This document shows, piece by piece, positions 63,648-64,000 of a stretch of 64,000 bases of DNA (the stretch's first letter is position 1; each line of letters opens with the position of its first letter). The position numbers and the translations under genes are program-made. The DNA is from an uncultured Alphaproteobacteria bacterium (GTDB lineage: Bacteria > Pseudomonadota > Alphaproteobacteria > Rhizobiales > Afifellaceae): positions 1,917,453 through 1,981,452 of the forward strand of contig CAWJVZ010000004.1 of NCBI GenBank assembly GCA_963846475.1, given 5' to 3'. The notes under the pieces were generated by a model, which worked only from the letters and a program-made list of their open reading frames with translations, was not told where the DNA came from and did not search any database.

Positions 63648-64000
63648 ATGATGAGATCGTTGCTGAGAAGCGCCGTTCTGGCGGCCGCGATGCTGGCGAG
63701 CGGCGCCGTAGCCGCCCAGGAGACAATCAAGATCGGCGTGATCCTGCCGCTGACCGGACCCTTCGCGCCGATCGGCCGGCAGGCGGAGACCGGCATGAAG
63801 CTCTACGTCCAGGAGCACGGCGACACGGTCGCCGGCAAGAAGATCGAGCTGATCGTCGAGGACGATGCCGGCGTCGCCGATAACACCAAGCGGATCGCCC
63901 AGGAGCTGATCGTGCGCCAGGGCGCCAATATCCTGGCGGGCTTCGGGCTGACGCCGCTGGCGCTGGCCACCGCGCCGATCGCCCAGCAGGCCAAGGTGGC
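63648..64000 (+). CDS. LivJ-like ABC substrate-binding protein, N-terminal part (3' end outside window)
   Basis: Not in the ORF track because there is no stop in the window. My own translation is MMRSLLRSAVLAAAMLASGAVAAQETIKIGVILPLTGPFAPIGRQAETGMKLYVQEHGDTVAGKKIELIVEDDAG..., with RBS gggagga upstream. Confidence 0.8.
   Translation, partial: MMRSLLRSAVLAAAMLASGAVAAQETIKIGVILPLTGPFAPIGRQAETGMKLYVQEHGDTVAGKKIELIVEDDAGVADNTKRIAQELIVRQGANILAGFGLTPLALATAPIAQQAKV

Overview
High-GC (roughly 70% by eye) alphaproteobacterial, Rhizobiales-like chromosomal segment. In order, the core content is: an FAH-family hydrolase tail, a DMT transporter, DUF1206, MTA phosphorylase, petABC (cytochrome bc1), an ABC exporter, trmL, a GT39/GT2/flippase-like envelope-glycosylation operon and hemF. 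Next comes a conserved cca / NUDIX / DUF1285 / moxR-DUF58-BatA-like block that is riddled with frameshifts. It is followed by a signal-peptide formamidase, a DUF4212 + Na/solute symporter pair, and an IS110-family insertion sequence with long structured non-coding flanks. After that come a frameshifted LivJ-like gene, a frameshifted AKR-RidA gene, and an rfbB-rfbD-rfbA/glycosyltransferase polysaccharide cluster. A low-GC island then carries a tight OB-like + 2x DUF488 operon opposite a DUF4238 gene. Beyond it lie gene scars and a duplicated receiver-domain segment bracketing yidB/ysnF-like stress genes. The window ends with an FAD monooxygenase + SDH/DUF4166 pair, a sugar ABC operon, a MetE-like methyltransferase and the start of another LivJ-like binding protein. 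I saw no rRNA, tRNA or CRISPR array. The items most worth a second look are: (1) the low-GC four-gene island of uncharacterised families; (2) the IS110 element and its candidate guide-RNA regions; (3) two perfect alphaproteobacterial SOS boxes (GTTC-N7-GTTC) in an intergenic region; (4) the clustered, indel-only gene damage, which may be sequencing artefact or recent decay; (5) a chimeric MHYT-PAS-half-receiver gene and its duplicated segment. All functional calls come from reading the translations and recalling family motifs. No database search was run.
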